The translations under genes were made by a program, and so were the position numbers. Shown here one piece after another: positions 9,827 through 20,203 of a stretch of DNA of 64,000 bases. The notes beneath the pieces were generated by a model, which was given only the letters and a program-made list of their open reading frames with translations, was not told the origin of the DNA and searched no databases. The first letter of the stretch is position 1. Every line of letters begins with the position of its first letter. Source of the stretch: a candidate division WWE3 bacterium (GTDB lineage Bacteria; Patescibacteriota; WWE3; UBA101185; UBA10185); assembly GCA_014729135.1 (NCBI GenBank), contig WJKK01000001.1, forward strand, positions 730,919 through 794,918, in the 5' to 3' direction.

Positions 9827-9886
9827 TTTTTCCTTTTTAAAACTTCCCGTAACTTCCGCCTAAAAATCCTCCGGCTACCGCAAACC

Positions 9887-10915
9887 CTAAGAAACCTTCA
9901 TGGCCAATCCCACAGGAACAGCATAAATAGGGCCTTTCCTATGAAAATCATCCTTAGAAGTATCTACCGAATCCAAATTTAAATTTGTCCAGGGATTAGC
10001 CAGCTCCACCTCCACGTCAAAATTATTCACCATGTATAAAAGTAAACCGGGCATAAGGGCAGTTTCTCCTGAAACAACTATCTTATTTATTCTAACATTT
10101 GGATTGTGTGTCGTAAAAAACACTTTAGACTTTTTAATTTCTGATATAAGCCGATCAAATAAGGGATGCAGGGCCTCATAAACTTTGCCTTCTACTTTGG
10201 ATTTGTCCAGACCGTAGCTATTCTTGTATTCTTTAGCACGAGTCATATCCAAATCCATTTTTTGGGCTAGGCTCTTTGTAAGCGTCAGATCTCCAAGAGG
10301 AATAGTGCGTGTTAAGATCACAAAACCTTTATAGGCCAAAACTATTAGAGTCTCTTTGGGACCAATTTCTATAACTAGCTCTGCCCCGGTAGCATGCATG
10401 TCGCCTCCTAAAGCACGTGTCATGGAAAGGGATTCGGGCTCTAAGGCACGCGGAGTTAGCCCAGCCTCTTTAACGATTTGTATGTATTTTTGAGATACAG
10501 TTTTTTTAGCGGCTACTAGCAAAACGCTTGTTTTATCCTGATCCTCTAGATCCAAGTTCATAACGGCATAACCAAGTGTCACCTCCTCCAAGGGAAGGGG
10601 GATGTACTGTTCGGACTCGTATTTAATAAAGTTATCTAGGTCTTTTTTGCTCATATGAGGAACTTTTATGGTTCTAACAAAGACCTGATCTTGAGGAAGA
10701 CTTACAATTGCATCAGTTGATTCAAAGTTAAAGTCAAAGAGAAACTTTTTTAGCTCTCTAGAATAGTGAGTACGGTTTTCTTCATTTTCTATATCTAAAG
10801 TAAAATTGGGCATCTCATGGGATCCCCAATTTAAGAGTGAGTTTTTGGATTTTTTCTTTTCAACTTCAACAGCACTAAAACCGTTAGTTTTAAGGTGAAG
10901 ACCTAGGGCAGACAT
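9887..10915 (-). CDS. pilM: Type IV pilus assembly protein PilM
   Basis: Actin-like FtsA/PilM motifs (ESEQYIPLP, VLLVAAKK, VSGETALMPGL, ANPW); ATG 10915. Confidence 0.92.
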   Translation of the reverse strand: MSALGLHLKTNGFSAVEVEKKKSKNSLLNWGSHEMPNFTLDIENEENRTHYSRELKKFLFDFNFESTDAIVSLPQDQVFVRTIKVPHMSKKDLDNFIKYESEQYIPLPLEEVTLGYAVMNLDLEDQDKTSVLLVAAKKTVSQKYIQIVKEAGLTPRALEPESLSMTRALGGDMHATGAELVIEIGPKETLIVLAYKGFVILTRTIPLGDLTLTKSLAQKMDLDMTRAKEYKNSYGLDKSKVEGKVYEALHPLFDRLISEIKKSKVFFTTHNPNVRINKIVVSGETALMPGLLLYMVNNFDVEVELANPWTNLNLDSVDTSKDDFHRKGPIYAVPVGLAMKVS

Positions 10916-11035
10916 ATTTATATGATAATGCTTAAGGCTCCTTTTATCAATCAATTACTTGTTAAGAAGAAGACTAGAAAAGATTTTCAGTTTTACACTC
11001 TAAAACGAAGAGTAAAGAGTTTAGAAACAGTAAAC

Positions 11036-11587
11036 TTAGTAGGAACCCCTCACAGTAAAGGTATCGCTTATGTAGTCCTCTGCTGCAAAGATGCTTCCAA
11101 CAGGGGCATTAACTTGAAAGATGTGAAGATTAACATCAACTCTATCGGGAACTCCCGCTGCAGATGTGACCTGAAAACAAGAACCCGCACATTCTACAGC
11201 CACCCCTCTCTCGGCATCTACATCCAAAAGAGATACAGGGGATCCTGTTTGATCCTGCCAAGTAAAAGATGTGGGAGCAGTGGTATTATCCACTTGGTAG
11301 GTTATTCTATAACCATTACGCTTAGTTAAACGCAAAGTTCTATTGTTTCCTGTTGCTTGAGCCGAAACCGAATTTTTGATGTCGTTTTGCAGTTTTAAAA
11401 AGATAAAGTTGGTAATCTGCTCTACTTCGTTAGCTGCTTGAGTTCTAGTATTAGTGCGTACAAGTGTAATTATTATGTCAGTCGACAATCCTATTACAAC
11501 TGATAAAAGGGCCACAGACACTAACAATTCCACAAGTGTAAAACCTTTAGTATTTTTAGTTTGTTTTTTGTTTTTGCTTACAACCAT
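11036..11587 (-). CDS. Minor pilin (PilW/GspJ-like)
   Basis: KG|FTLVELLV. Confidence 0.85.
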   Translation of the reverse strand: MVVSKNKKQTKNTKGFTLVELLVSVALLSVVIGLSTDIIITLVRTNTRTQAANEVEQITNFIFLKLQNDIKNSVSAQATGNNRTLRLTKRNGYRITYQVDNTTAPTSFTWQDQTGSPVSLLDVDAERGVAVECAGSCFQVTSAAGVPDRVDVNLHIFQVNAPVGSIFAAEDYISDTFTVRGSY

Positions 11588-11593
11588 GAAGTC

Positions 11594-12178
11594 CTAACGA
11601 ACACTCCAATTGGATAACTGCGAGTAATTATGTGTAAATTTTGTTTCTCCACCAATTTCCCAGGTAGAAACGGCTATAACATTAATTACCTCAGTATTTC
11701 CGGAAACTGTTTCAAAGTAAATACAGGAGGTTATACCGTCAGATGCAGCAGGCAAACCTTCAACAAGCGAAATTCCGTCATTAATGTAGCAAGATCCTGC
11801 ATCAGAACAGTCAGTAGTGCAATTTAATCCGGATGCATAAAGATAGAAGTCCTCCCAAGTTGCGGACGTAATGTAGTCATCCCGCAAAGCTCGTGCTCTT
11901 TCAAGCTGTTGATTAGTTAGGCGAGTTCCCTTTACAAGACGCTCATTAACTGTGGAGGTTCTCAGCGTAAAAACTGCTAAGGAAACCATGGCTGTTACAA
12001 TAATTATACCCACCCCTAAAGCTATGATGACTTCCACCAAACCTATCCCTTCCTCCCTTGACTTTTTTGCTAGGCAATTTCCAGGGATTATCCTTGGTTG
12101 AAATACGCCTTCTCTCTCTAAAGAGAGGCGAAAGTGCGTTTGGGACAAAGGATGATCCTTGCAAACCTTTAAGGACAT
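11594..12178 (-). CDS. Minor pilin (PilV/GspI-like)
   Basis: EG|IGLVEVIIAL; start uncertain. Confidence 0.75.
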   Translation of the reverse strand: MSLKVCKDHPLSQTHFRLSLEREGVFQPRIIPGNCLAKKSREEGIGLVEVIIALGVGIIIVTAMVSLAVFTLRTSTVNERLVKGTRLTNQQLERARALRDDYITSATWEDFYLYASGLNCTTDCSDAGSCYINDGISLVEGLPAASDGITSCIYFETVSGNTEVINVIAVSTWEIGGETKFTHNYSQLSNWSVR

Positions 12179-12702
12179 GTAACTCCCTCTTCAACTAAAA
12201 GCCCTCCCGGAGTATTTGCCAAAATAGAAACACATTCAGCACCGGTTGCATCGGATTCTCCAATAATTACAAAACAATTAGATCCGTTTGCATCACAGGG
12301 GGTTGCCGGACTCCCTCCTGTTGTGTAAGCGTTTCCTGTAAACATGTCAAAAAGAATAACGTTGGAATTTTTAACCTCAATATCTCCTATTAAGGGATCA
12401 AACGTATCCTCTTTGCTAAAGGAGTCCAAGGCTTCCGAAAACGTGTATAAATCATAGGCATTGGTTCCATCTGCAAATTGAACACCCCAATAACCCACGC
12501 CGGCATCGGCAGATTTTAGGCCACCCAAAGCATTGTTTTGGGCTGAACGAAGGCTATCTTTTAGTTGCGCTGTAGACTGTTTTAAGTTTTGGTTTCTTGT
12601 GTAATTGGTAAATCCGGGAATAGCAGCACCGGCTAGGATTGTTATGAGAGAAACTACAATTAAAAGTTCTACAAAGGTGTAACCATGGACAGATTGTTGC
12701 AT
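12169..12702 (-). CDS. Minor pilin (FimT/GspH-like)
   Basis: HG|YTFVELLIV...LRSAQNNAL. ATG 12702 lies 6 nt after TGCTATCAT. Confidence 0.85.
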   Translation of the reverse strand: MQQSVHGYTFVELLIVVSLITILAGAAIPGFTNYTRNQNLKQSTAQLKDSLRSAQNNALGGLKSADAGVGYWGVQFADGTNAYDLYTFSEALDSFSKEDTFDPLIGDIEVKNSNVILFDMFTGNAYTTGGSPATPCDANGSNCFVIIGESDATGAECVSILANTPGGLLVEEGVTCP

Positions 12703-12758
12703 GGATTTATGATAGCACAATCTAGGGATAGGGGAGGGGCTAACGGAGAAAAAGGGAT

Positions 12759-13202
12759 TTAGGGATTGGTGACGCCGTAACAGGGATCGTAGTTGTCGGT
12801 AGAGGAACAACCCACGCCATTACCGGAGGAGGTTATTTCTACTTGAGATACTATTGTATAAGTGGAGCCATCAGAGGAGTTGTAAAGGTAAGGAGAGCTT
12901 GCTCCGGAGGGGTCTTGAGGAACGGGATTCATGTAGCTTGATAAAGCAGCAACTCCCGAAATATCTGCCCAGGAATGCGGATTAGGATACACTCGATTGT
13001 CTGCAAAGTACAATTCCAAACCTGCTTGAATACGCTTTAAATCAGCAATTCTTTGCTTGTCACGCGTTTTAGCACGCAACGCCTGTGGATTTAGTACTTG
13101 CAAAACTATACCGGACAAAATTGCAATAATAGAAACCGTTATCATCAGCTCTATTAAAGTAAATCCTTTTTTATTTTTTAGATTTTTAAGTCTTTTTAAC
13201 AT
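12759..13202 (-). CDS. Type IV pilin (GspG-like)
   Basis: KG|FTLIELMI...RDKQRIADLKRIQAGLELYF...P. Confidence 0.9.
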   Translation of the reverse strand: MLKRLKNLKNKKGFTLIELMITVSIIAILSGIVLQVLNPQALRAKTRDKQRIADLKRIQAGLELYFADNRVYPNPHSWADISGVAALSSYMNPVPQDPSGASSPYLYNSSDGSTYTIVSQVEITSSGNGVGCSSTDNYDPCYGVTNP

Positions 13203-13211
13203 AGGTCACAC

Positions 13212-13236
13212 AACCGCCCCCAAGAGGGGGCAGTTT
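13212..13236 (-). terminator. Stem-loop after the putative major pilin
   Basis: AACCGCCCC...GGGGCAGTT inverted repeat. Confidence 0.55.
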
Positions 13237-13247
13237 TTATGATTAAA

Positions 13248-13688
13248 TTAGTCGATCACACAAGTTCCAACAGGAGCTACCTGTGTAGCAGCACCAGTCG
13301 TAGTGTTATAAGTGCACTGGAACGAACAGGTCGGAGAAGCGGCTGCATCTGCCCCTGTAACTGTGATTGTGGGTGCGGAATAGCTGACCGAATAGCTTGA
13401 ACCGGTGGGTGTGCCACTAGGATCATTAACACCAACATCTGAGAGAGTCACACAATCGGTACCGGGAGCCTGCCTGGAAGCAGCACAAGCATGCATGGCT
13501 AAACAAATCTTATCTGTGTTAGCACGCAAAACGGTCTGATTAGCCTTAGTTCTGGTCTCCGCAGGATTAATAACTGAAATAACAACTCCAGCTAAAATAC
13601 CAATAATAACGATAACAATTAAAAGCTCGATAAGTGTGAAACCTTCCTCACGTGAACTCTTTGTCCAAAAATTAAATTTTTTATTCAC
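13248..13688 (-). CDS. Probable major type IV pilin
   Basis: EG|FTLIELLIV; four Cys in the C-terminal half; strong SD (AAGGAGGTG) and its own downstream hairpin, suggesting high expression. Confidence 0.85.
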   Translation of the reverse strand: MNKKFNFWTKSSREEGFTLIELLIVIVIIGILAGVVISVINPAETRTKANQTVLRANTDKICLAMHACAASRQAPGTDCVTLSDVGVNDPSGTPTGSSYSVSYSAPTITVTGADAAASPTCSFQCTYNTTTGAATQVAPVGTCVID

Positions 13689-13918
13689 TCTTACTTCACC
13701 TCCTTTTAAAACAAACTAATAAACTAATAATAGTCTTTAAATCAAATAAAGTTTTTCACTGAAAATAAGAAAAAATCAAAATAAGTTGCAAGAGAATAAA
13801 AAACTCCCGGGAAGGAAAAACTAAAATGTATTGCACTAAAACAATTGGAGTAGGCAGGTTTCATATAAAACAAGTATCCTATCTTAAAAGCAACCTGTCA
13901 AATAAAAACTCCGAAAGC

Positions 13919-14812
13919 CTAATTAGTAGAAATTCCATCAGCTGCAAAAACTCCAAATAAGAACCCGGAAGGCAAGTGGGGAAGTGATCTGCGAGCTGTT
14001 ACAACCTTAGTAACAACTTCAGCTCCTTCTTGTAAAAGTTCTCCTTGGGACGTGATTCTATATCCTAAAGTATCAAAAGAACCATCTAAAGGCTCCAAAG
14101 CAAAGTCACCGCGTTCATTTAAAGCTACAAAAGCTAGTGACTTATCGTCTCCGGAAGGGACTGTAACTTCATAACCGGTGTATCCGGAATCAGTGCAGTT
14201 GGCGTCTGAGGAAGCTACTGTTCCTGCTGTAGAGCCGGTGTAACAAGTAGAACCATTACCGCAAATTAAACCTTTTTCCCAGCCGGATCCGTCAGCGCCT
14301 CCGGTTAGAACGTAAAACACATCGGTGTCCCCTCGCCAACAAATGCTGACACCTCCGGAATAACTACCCAAAGGAATTGAGTTTACTTCTCCGGCTCCGG
14401 TGGAAACATAGTGAAAACCTGTATCGCTGTCACCAATGTATTCCTCTACCTTTACAACAGCACGTGAATTTATGGCATCATTCTCGGAGGAGGGGAATGT
14501 AACGATACAGTCGGCAGGAGGACTCTCAAGGGAAGTACAAGTGCCGGAAGCCCCTTCTAACTCCGGCGTGGTGTAGGACAGAAAGTGCTCAACGCCTCCT
14601 TCTGCAGCTGCTAAAACTCTAGAGGCTGTATCAGTTGTAGAAGTTCGCGAAACCGAGGAAAGTGTACGCAAGGAAGTGCTAACACCTACAGAAAGCGCAA
14701 CCGTTAAAGCTACAATTACAAATAAAAGTGTTTGACCTTCTTGACCTTCCCGTGATTGAGCTACTTTATTTTTGTTTTCTAAATGTTTATTTTTTAACGC
14801 CATAAAATCCAT
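13919..14812 (-). CDS. PilX/GspK-like minor pilin
   Basis: EG|QTLLF lacks Glu5; AAAEGGVE motif typical of PilX. Confidence 0.75.
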   Translation of the reverse strand: MDFMALKNKHLENKNKVAQSREGQEGQTLLFVIVALTVALSVGVSTSLRTLSSVSRTSTTDTASRVLAAAEGGVEHFLSYTTPELEGASGTCTSLESPPADCIVTFPSSENDAINSRAVVKVEEYIGDSDTGFHYVSTGAGEVNSIPLGSYSGGVSICWRGDTDVFYVLTGGADGSGWEKGLICGNGSTCYTGSTAGTVASSDANCTDSGYTGYEVTVPSGDDKSLAFVALNERGDFALEPLDGSFDTLGYRITSQGELLQEGAEVVTKVVTARRSLPHLPSGFLFGVFAADGISTN

Positions 14813-14827
14813 ATCTAAACCCCCTTA

Positions 14828-17800
14828 CTACTCCTCAACTTCCCAAGAAATATCTACTAAACTTAAAAACAGACTTTCAAAGTCGGTTCCTGCTGCCACA
14901 CTATCCATAAGCTGTTTGTGCAAATAATAAGCATAAGCAGGATCATAATGAACGGCAACTCCGGGATACATGTTTCGCAACTCACCCAAGTCGTTGAATG
15001 TACGGTTGCGGTTAAAGTTCATAGTACCTCCTGAAATAAAAGCACCTTCTAAAACTAGCGAAGTGTCTCCCGGGTCGTCAATTTCTTCATTTTCAAATTC
15101 AACAGAGGGGAAGTTTATGTCACCTAGGGCAAAAACAGAGGCTCCTATTGTGACATCAGAGGCATCTCCGGCGGGAACGTCTACACCCAATTCTTCGGAG
15201 AAAGTCACACCTCCATTAACAACGAGCAAAATCTTTCTATTGTCATTACCGCTGTAAAAGGGCTCCTCAAAAGTGATGTCGCCATCAATATAGATCACAA
15301 CCACACCATCAGAAGCAATATCACCGGAATAATCTCCCTCGCCTCCGATGTCTGCTAAAACGTCTTCAAAAGTGGAAGCAGACATGGAATAGACCATTGT
15401 GGGGTCTAAACCGGAAAAGTCTTCTGTAGAACTAATGTCCGCAAACTCCCCACCGGATAAGTCACCGGAGGCAATTGCCAGAAAAAGGGGAGAAGAAGCA
15501 TAGCCGTACTCAGGGGCGGAAGAGATGGCACTATTACTGTCAGAGCTTTCAACGTCAGATAAGTCTCCCGCAGATAGGGCAAAATCATCTGTCATGTAGT
15601 TGTCATAAACTCCGGGGGTTTCGGGGGTAATCATTGTAATAGCACTTCCGGAGTAAACACCTCCATTAACTACGGTAAACCAACCATCTAAAGCGGAGGT
15701 AAGCTCGTAACCTAGATTAATGGTTACATTACCGGGTACTGTGTAAGGTCCTGTGGCTAAAAGCCCCGGCCCTACACTTAAGGTTCCCGGAGTAACACAG
15801 CCCAGCTGAAAGTTTGTGTCTGTTGGGGCATCCAGGTCGTCCAATTCCAGATACATACCTGTAACATCAGAACCAACAGGGAAGGCGTCACTCTGATTAT
15901 TACTACTATATGCTCCTGTACCGGAATCTATACTAAACTCAAAGTTTTGTTGCGGATCAACAGGATCCGGAACTTCTGCGGTCATTGTAAGATCCGGAGA
16001 TGAAGCAAAATAAGCTAAAGTTTCTCCTTCAGCAGGATTGCAGGTAGTAGTGTCAGAAACAGTGGCGTCGAAAATGGTCCCGGAAATTTGCGGATACCGT
16101 AAAGTTACATTTTTGCTACAAGTAACACTAGCCTCACAAGAAGAATCGCTTAGGTTATCTGAAACTTCCAAAGATATAGGGGCGGAAAATCCACAAGAAG
16201 ATTCGTAAAAATTAGGGGCTGTATAAGAAGTGGAAATTTGTCCTGTAGAAACTCCTGAGGCTTGCTCAGGATTAAAAGAACCCAAGCAAGTAAGAGGTGT
16301 GGAACTCCAAGAATAATCCATATTGTAAGTATCGGAAATAGTGGAAGTGTAAAGCTCAGTGTCTCCAAAAAGTACTGTGCCAGAACCACTTATTGCTGTA
16401 CAGGAGGGGGTATCATTTTTTTGGATAGTGGTTCCTGCACAAAAAACCTGGGAACTATCATCACAGTTATCTGCGTAGGCGTGTATATGAACAGTTCCAT
16501 ATCCTGGATGATTCGCCAAGTTTACAGTTGCTTTCCAAGTGTTCCCACCTACATTAGAAGCCGAATACCGTACAATATCATCTTGACCACCTGTAGCCGT
16601 CCAAGTAGGAAATTTCACTGTCTCAGCGTTGGACACATTGTTAATATAAATATCCACTGTTGAATCAGAACCCAAAACGCAATCAACGCCAGAGCCGTCT
16701 TGCGTAACGGTAATGGAACTAGAACCACAAGTTGGAGCGGAACTATAACCACAATCATCTCCGCCGCCGCCACAATCACCGTCTGCAGGAAGACACGCGG
16801 AAATACCCTGACCACCCCCACAAGGGTCTGTTGGAAGCCACCGAGGATCACAGGTAGAATGGCACGTATCGCGTATATCACCGCATGTCCAATCACAGGA
16901 ACAGTTTGGGGGATCTTCTGGATCTTCTGGAGGGTCTTCAGGGTCAGGATTTACCCAATGACAATTCCAAGAGTCGCAGGAATAGGCACGTAAATCGACG
17001 CAACCGCCATAACTGGGCTCATAATAACAAGGATTCTGGCCAGTAGCACAGGTATCACAATAGGGGTCACCCTCCTCGCATTCACAGACAGTAGTACAAG
17101 GGGTGCCCGAACAATAAGCATATCCCCTCTTCAGAACCCCTAAACCCTCCAGGAAACCAATTAAACCACCATTCTTAGAAATATCCACCAAACCAACATC
17201 AGCATTCAAAGCCGTAAAAAACTCCTCGGGAGGAGAGTAATTAGATGAAACGACCTCAAAATCAGACGTCAAATAATCAACGCCCTGATAAAGCAACCCG
17301 CTAAAAATCTTCTCAGCCACAACTTCATTGCTTTGCAAAACAGCAGGCGAAATGCTAACTTCTAAAACAACATCTTCATCCTGCGCCAGAAAATTCAAAC
17401 CCATCTCCACATCTGTCCCCGAAAAAATCTTGGCGGAACTCAAATCATCCGTTAAATAAATCGTCAAAGTTTCAGGTGTAACATATTTCGGTGGAACCTC
17501 AGAGTCATTTTGCAAATACGTCTTGACTTCATCAAGCGAATAGGTGTAACGTGCAGCATTTTCTGTAAAAAAACCTTTAGTGTATAAATAAGCGGAAAAC
17601 TTTTGCTTTCCTGCAGGAGTAAACTCAATTTCAAAATCCTCAATTTGAGACTCTACGCGCACACTATCCTCAAATAAAGAAATATTAGAGTTGTCTCCGG
17701 ATTCCTGTATTTTTGAAAATGGTGAAGGAGTTTCGTCCCGAGAGGGGGATTGATTTGTTTTGGCAGCTCGTGGGGTGTCCTTTAGAAATAGTTTGGAAAT

Positions 17801-17923
17801 TTGTTCTACAGAGAGGGGGAAACTATAAGTGGTTATGGAAAATGTCAAACCTCCAAGCACAAAAATCAATAAAAAGGTCAAAAGGGCTAGAATTTTCAAA
17901 CCTTTAGGCAGTTTCAGCTTCAT
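14828..17923 (-). CDS. Large exported Cys-rich protein with a GBS Bsp-like module; candidate pilus-associated adhesin
   Basis: N-terminal TM, Cys/Pro-rich region, VKFPTWTATGGQDDI...HIHAY, acidic C-terminal beta-rich region; first gene of the pilin cluster. Confidence 0.7.
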   Translation of the reverse strand: MKLKLPKGLKILALLTFLLIFVLGGLTFSITTYSFPLSVEQISKLFLKDTPRAAKTNQSPSRDETPSPFSKIQESGDNSNISLFEDSVRVESQIEDFEIEFTPAGKQKFSAYLYTKGFFTENAARYTYSLDEVKTYLQNDSEVPPKYVTPETLTIYLTDDLSSAKIFSGTDVEMGLNFLAQDEDVVLEVSISPAVLQSNEVVAEKIFSGLLYQGVDYLTSDFEVVSSNYSPPEEFFTALNADVGLVDISKNGGLIGFLEGLGVLKRGYAYCSGTPCTTVCECEEGDPYCDTCATGQNPCYYEPSYGGCVDLRAYSCDSWNCHWVNPDPEDPPEDPEDPPNCSCDWTCGDIRDTCHSTCDPRWLPTDPCGGGQGISACLPADGDCGGGGDDCGYSSAPTCGSSSITVTQDGSGVDCVLGSDSTVDIYINNVSNAETVKFPTWTATGGQDDIVRYSASNVGGNTWKATVNLANHPGYGTVHIHAYADNCDDSSQVFCAGTTIQKNDTPSCTAISGSGTVLFGDTELYTSTISDTYNMDYSWSSTPLTCLGSFNPEQASGVSTGQISTSYTAPNFYESSCGFSAPISLEVSDNLSDSSCEASVTCSKNVTLRYPQISGTIFDATVSDTTTCNPAEGETLAYFASSPDLTMTAEVPDPVDPQQNFEFSIDSGTGAYSSNNQSDAFPVGSDVTGMYLELDDLDAPTDTNFQLGCVTPGTLSVGPGLLATGPYTVPGNVTINLGYELTSALDGWFTVVNGGVYSGSAITMITPETPGVYDNYMTDDFALSAGDLSDVESSDSNSAISSAPEYGYASSPLFLAIASGDLSGGEFADISSTEDFSGLDPTMVYSMSASTFEDVLADIGGEGDYSGDIASDGVVVIYIDGDITFEEPFYSGNDNRKILLVVNGGVTFSEELGVDVPAGDASDVTIGASVFALGDINFPSVEFENEEIDDPGDTSLVLEGAFISGGTMNFNRNRTFNDLGELRNMYPGVAVHYDPAYAYYLHKQLMDSVAAGTDFESLFLSLVDISWEVEE

Positions 17924-18064
17924 GTTTTTAGTTTAAGAGATTTTTTAGTTGTTGGCAAATTTTTTATGTGTTTTTAGGGGAAATGTTTGATAGAGGGAAG
18001 AGGCCGACCCAGACACGTGTCCGTGTCGGCCTCAGAAGTCGAAGTTGAAGTTGGGGAGGGGGGT

Positions 18065-18649
18065 CTAGGGGAGGGGGTGCCACCGACCAGCGTCGGAGCT
18101 GGGGATGGAGTAGGCGGCGGGCAATCCGTCAACGTAACGGACGGCAACAGCCGTTCCATCCTCCAGGAGGACAACAGCAGCACCCGCGCCGCCAGGGTAC
18201 TCCGCCAAAGGTGCGCCCATCGGCGACGTGGTCCACCGACCCCACTGATATCCCCAGAGAAGAAAATTGGAGCCGTCGCTACGCCGGAGGGCGTAGGGTT
18301 CGTAAACGACCTCGGCGGGGCAGCTGGCGTCGTCACGCAGGGCCGCGACGAACAGCTGATCTGCCGCAACGGGAACCTTATACCAGGGCGTCTGGTATGC
18401 CGAAACAGCTTCGTCACTCAGGAGCGTGCGCGCCTGCGCCAACCGCTCCTCATAGGCCGCACGGGCGGACGAATCTGGTGCGACGCAGATGGACATGTAC
18501 GTGCCGTCTGCTCGGCGGGTGATCGCCGCGAGCACCGCGTCGGGGTCAACCGCCGGCGGAGCCGAGGAGACACCATTGGGAACGAATAGCACGATAATGA
18601 GAACGACGCATACAGTAATCAACGCCAAACGAACCAGGTTGGTCTTCAT
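18065..18649 (-). CDS. GC-rich exported hypothetical protein
   Basis: SD GGAGGTG before ATG 18649; signal-like N-terminus; upstream TTGCAA-17-TATAAT. Confidence 0.65.
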   Translation of the reverse strand: MKTNLVRLALITVCVVLIIVLFVPNGVSSAPPAVDPDAVLAAITRRADGTYMSICVAPDSSARAAYEERLAQARTLLSDEAVSAYQTPWYKVPVAADQLFVAALRDDASCPAEVVYEPYALRRSDGSNFLLWGYQWGRWTTSPMGAPLAEYPGGAGAAVVLLEDGTAVAVRYVDGLPAAYSIPSSDAGRWHPLP

Positions 18650-18746
18650 CTTGTCACCTCCTGTGACCATCAGTGCGAAAAGAGCCTGCAACTTCAACTA
18701 TTCAAATTTCAAACTGTCTCGGATTATAGGATAAAACCTCCCAAAT

Positions 18747-18828
18747 TGCAAATTCACGCATTAGACAGTAATTTTCATCACTCAAGCCCTCCTGTTAGAT
18801 AAAAATTCAAAGAAATTTAACACCTCGT
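18747..18828. repeat. Degenerate direct repeat, copy 1
   Basis: TGCAAATTCA...CAAGCCCTCCTGTTAGATAAAAATTCAA...AATTTAA is shared with 21097-21182. Confidence 0.75.
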
Positions 18829-18950
18829 ATCCTAAGCAACCAGTCTATTGTGTAGAACAATGTAACTACCAGCTTATGCAGGGGTGCAGAGGGGGAAGGG
18901 AATAATTCGATAAAAAAGATATTATGGAAAAATTCCTCGTAAGGATTGAT

Positions 18951-19745
18951 CTATAATTCTACGCTTGTCCTTAATAACCGGTCTCTTATTTTGCTCGTTT
19001 TAGTAGAATAAAGTTCATATCTTATTCCCCTTAATAAGCATTCGCTGTTACAAAAAACAACATCCGGACTAAAAAAGTATCTGGCTTTTCTTTCTTTACT
19101 CAATTGCAGAAAGGTGACTTTAATTCTACCGTCCTCCTCATGATAAAAAGTAGTAAAGTGTTTTAATCCCGTATGCTCTGAAGAAGTTAGTTTATCAAAT
19201 TTACGAGTATCTAAACGTTCGGAAAAATAATTATTAATAATATTGGGGGGACTTTTTTCTTTAGAATCTTCTACGTATTGTTTACCCTTTTCATGTTGCA
19301 GAAAATATTTTGTTATTGCTCCCACACTCATATAAATGTTTCCTCCATCTGTTAAACAAGGAGGCTGCTGCTCTAAAGTCTCATAAATTCTTCCTGTATG
19401 TAGGATCGATAAAAAACTACTATTCTCTAAACCCTCCTTCGAAAGCAAATCTTCTAAGCTCTCTAAAGGGGAAGTGCCCTGTTTATAACCAATTTTAACA
19501 AGAGCTAAATTTTTATCTCCAAGCTTCACACCTTCTATTAAAAAATTTGAACCTTCCTTTTTTCCAATAAAGGCCGGGGCTTCTGTTAAAAAACCTAAAA
19601 CACTTTCCCCGTTTCTAAAGATAATCGGCCGTTGTTCCAACTCCTCCAAAGAATAAAGCTTGTTAAGGTTTTCTAAATAAACTTCTAAAACCTTTAAAAT
19701 ATTTAGCCTGTTTTGCTCTTTTATAATAGATAGAGTTAAAGACAC
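18951..19745 (-). CDS. Hypothetical protein
   Basis: Long ORF; probable GTG start at 19745, 6 nt after TATAAT. Confidence 0.65.
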   Translation of the reverse strand: MSLTLSIIKEQNRLNILKVLEVYLENLNKLYSLEELEQRPIIFRNGESVLGFLTEAPAFIGKKEGSNFLIEGVKLGDKNLALVKIGYKQGTSPLESLEDLLSKEGLENSSFLSILHTGRIYETLEQQPPCLTDGGNIYMSVGAITKYFLQHEKGKQYVEDSKEKSPPNIINNYFSERLDTRKFDKLTSSEHTGLKHFTTFYHEEDGRIKVTFLQLSKERKARYFFSPDVVFCNSECLLRGIRYELYSTKTSKIRDRLLRTSVEL

Positions 19746-19763
19746 AGTAGAATTATACAGGAT

Positions 19764-19814
19764 AAAAAAAGAACCACGATAGATCCCGAACAGCAAAAGA
19801 TCTATCGTGGCTTC
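19764..19814 (-). terminator. Intrinsic terminator of a gene truncated by the IS
   Basis: GCCACGATAGATC...GATCTATCGTGGTTC plus T-tract on the minus strand. Confidence 0.65.
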
Positions 19815-19938
19815 GCCACCTTACGCTTCTTCGGCTCGATCTCAATCAGAGGGGCAATCGCAGTTGGTCGGTACCCTGTATTTTGGACATAAATCTATCA
19901 AAAACCTAGTATAAAATTAAGGTAAGGAGGATTATATT

Positions 19939-20187
19939 ATGTCTGAAACAACCCCACTTGAGGTTAGGAATAAAATCATGGAGGAGGTAAAGCTGGGTGA
20001 ACGCACTATAGCTGCCATAGCCAAGGATTATCACATTCCCGCAGGTCGCGTATACAACTGGATAAGTAGAGGTGTGTCCCAGGATGCACATGTTGTAGAG
20101 ATTAGGAGGCTTCGACGCAAAAACAAGGAACTATATGAAATAATTGGCCGATTAACAGAGGCCGTAGAGCACTTTAAAAAAAAATGA
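19939..20187 (+). CDS. IS3-family transposase OrfA (HTH)
   Basis: IAAIAKDYHIPAGRVYNWI followed by a zipper-like segment; ends in an A9 tract. Confidence 0.9.
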   Translation: MSETTPLEVRNKIMEEVKLGERTIAAIAKDYHIPAGRVYNWISRGVSQDAHVVEIRRLRRKNKELYEIIGRLTEAVEHFKKK

Positions 20188-20203
20188 GGTAGCCAGGTGG
20201 ATA

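Noticed and set aside
17974-18589. Alternative ORFs 17987-18589(+) and 17974-18417(-)
   Set aside because: Shadow frames expected in GC-rich DNA. Only 18065-18649(-) has a promoter, SD and signal peptide.
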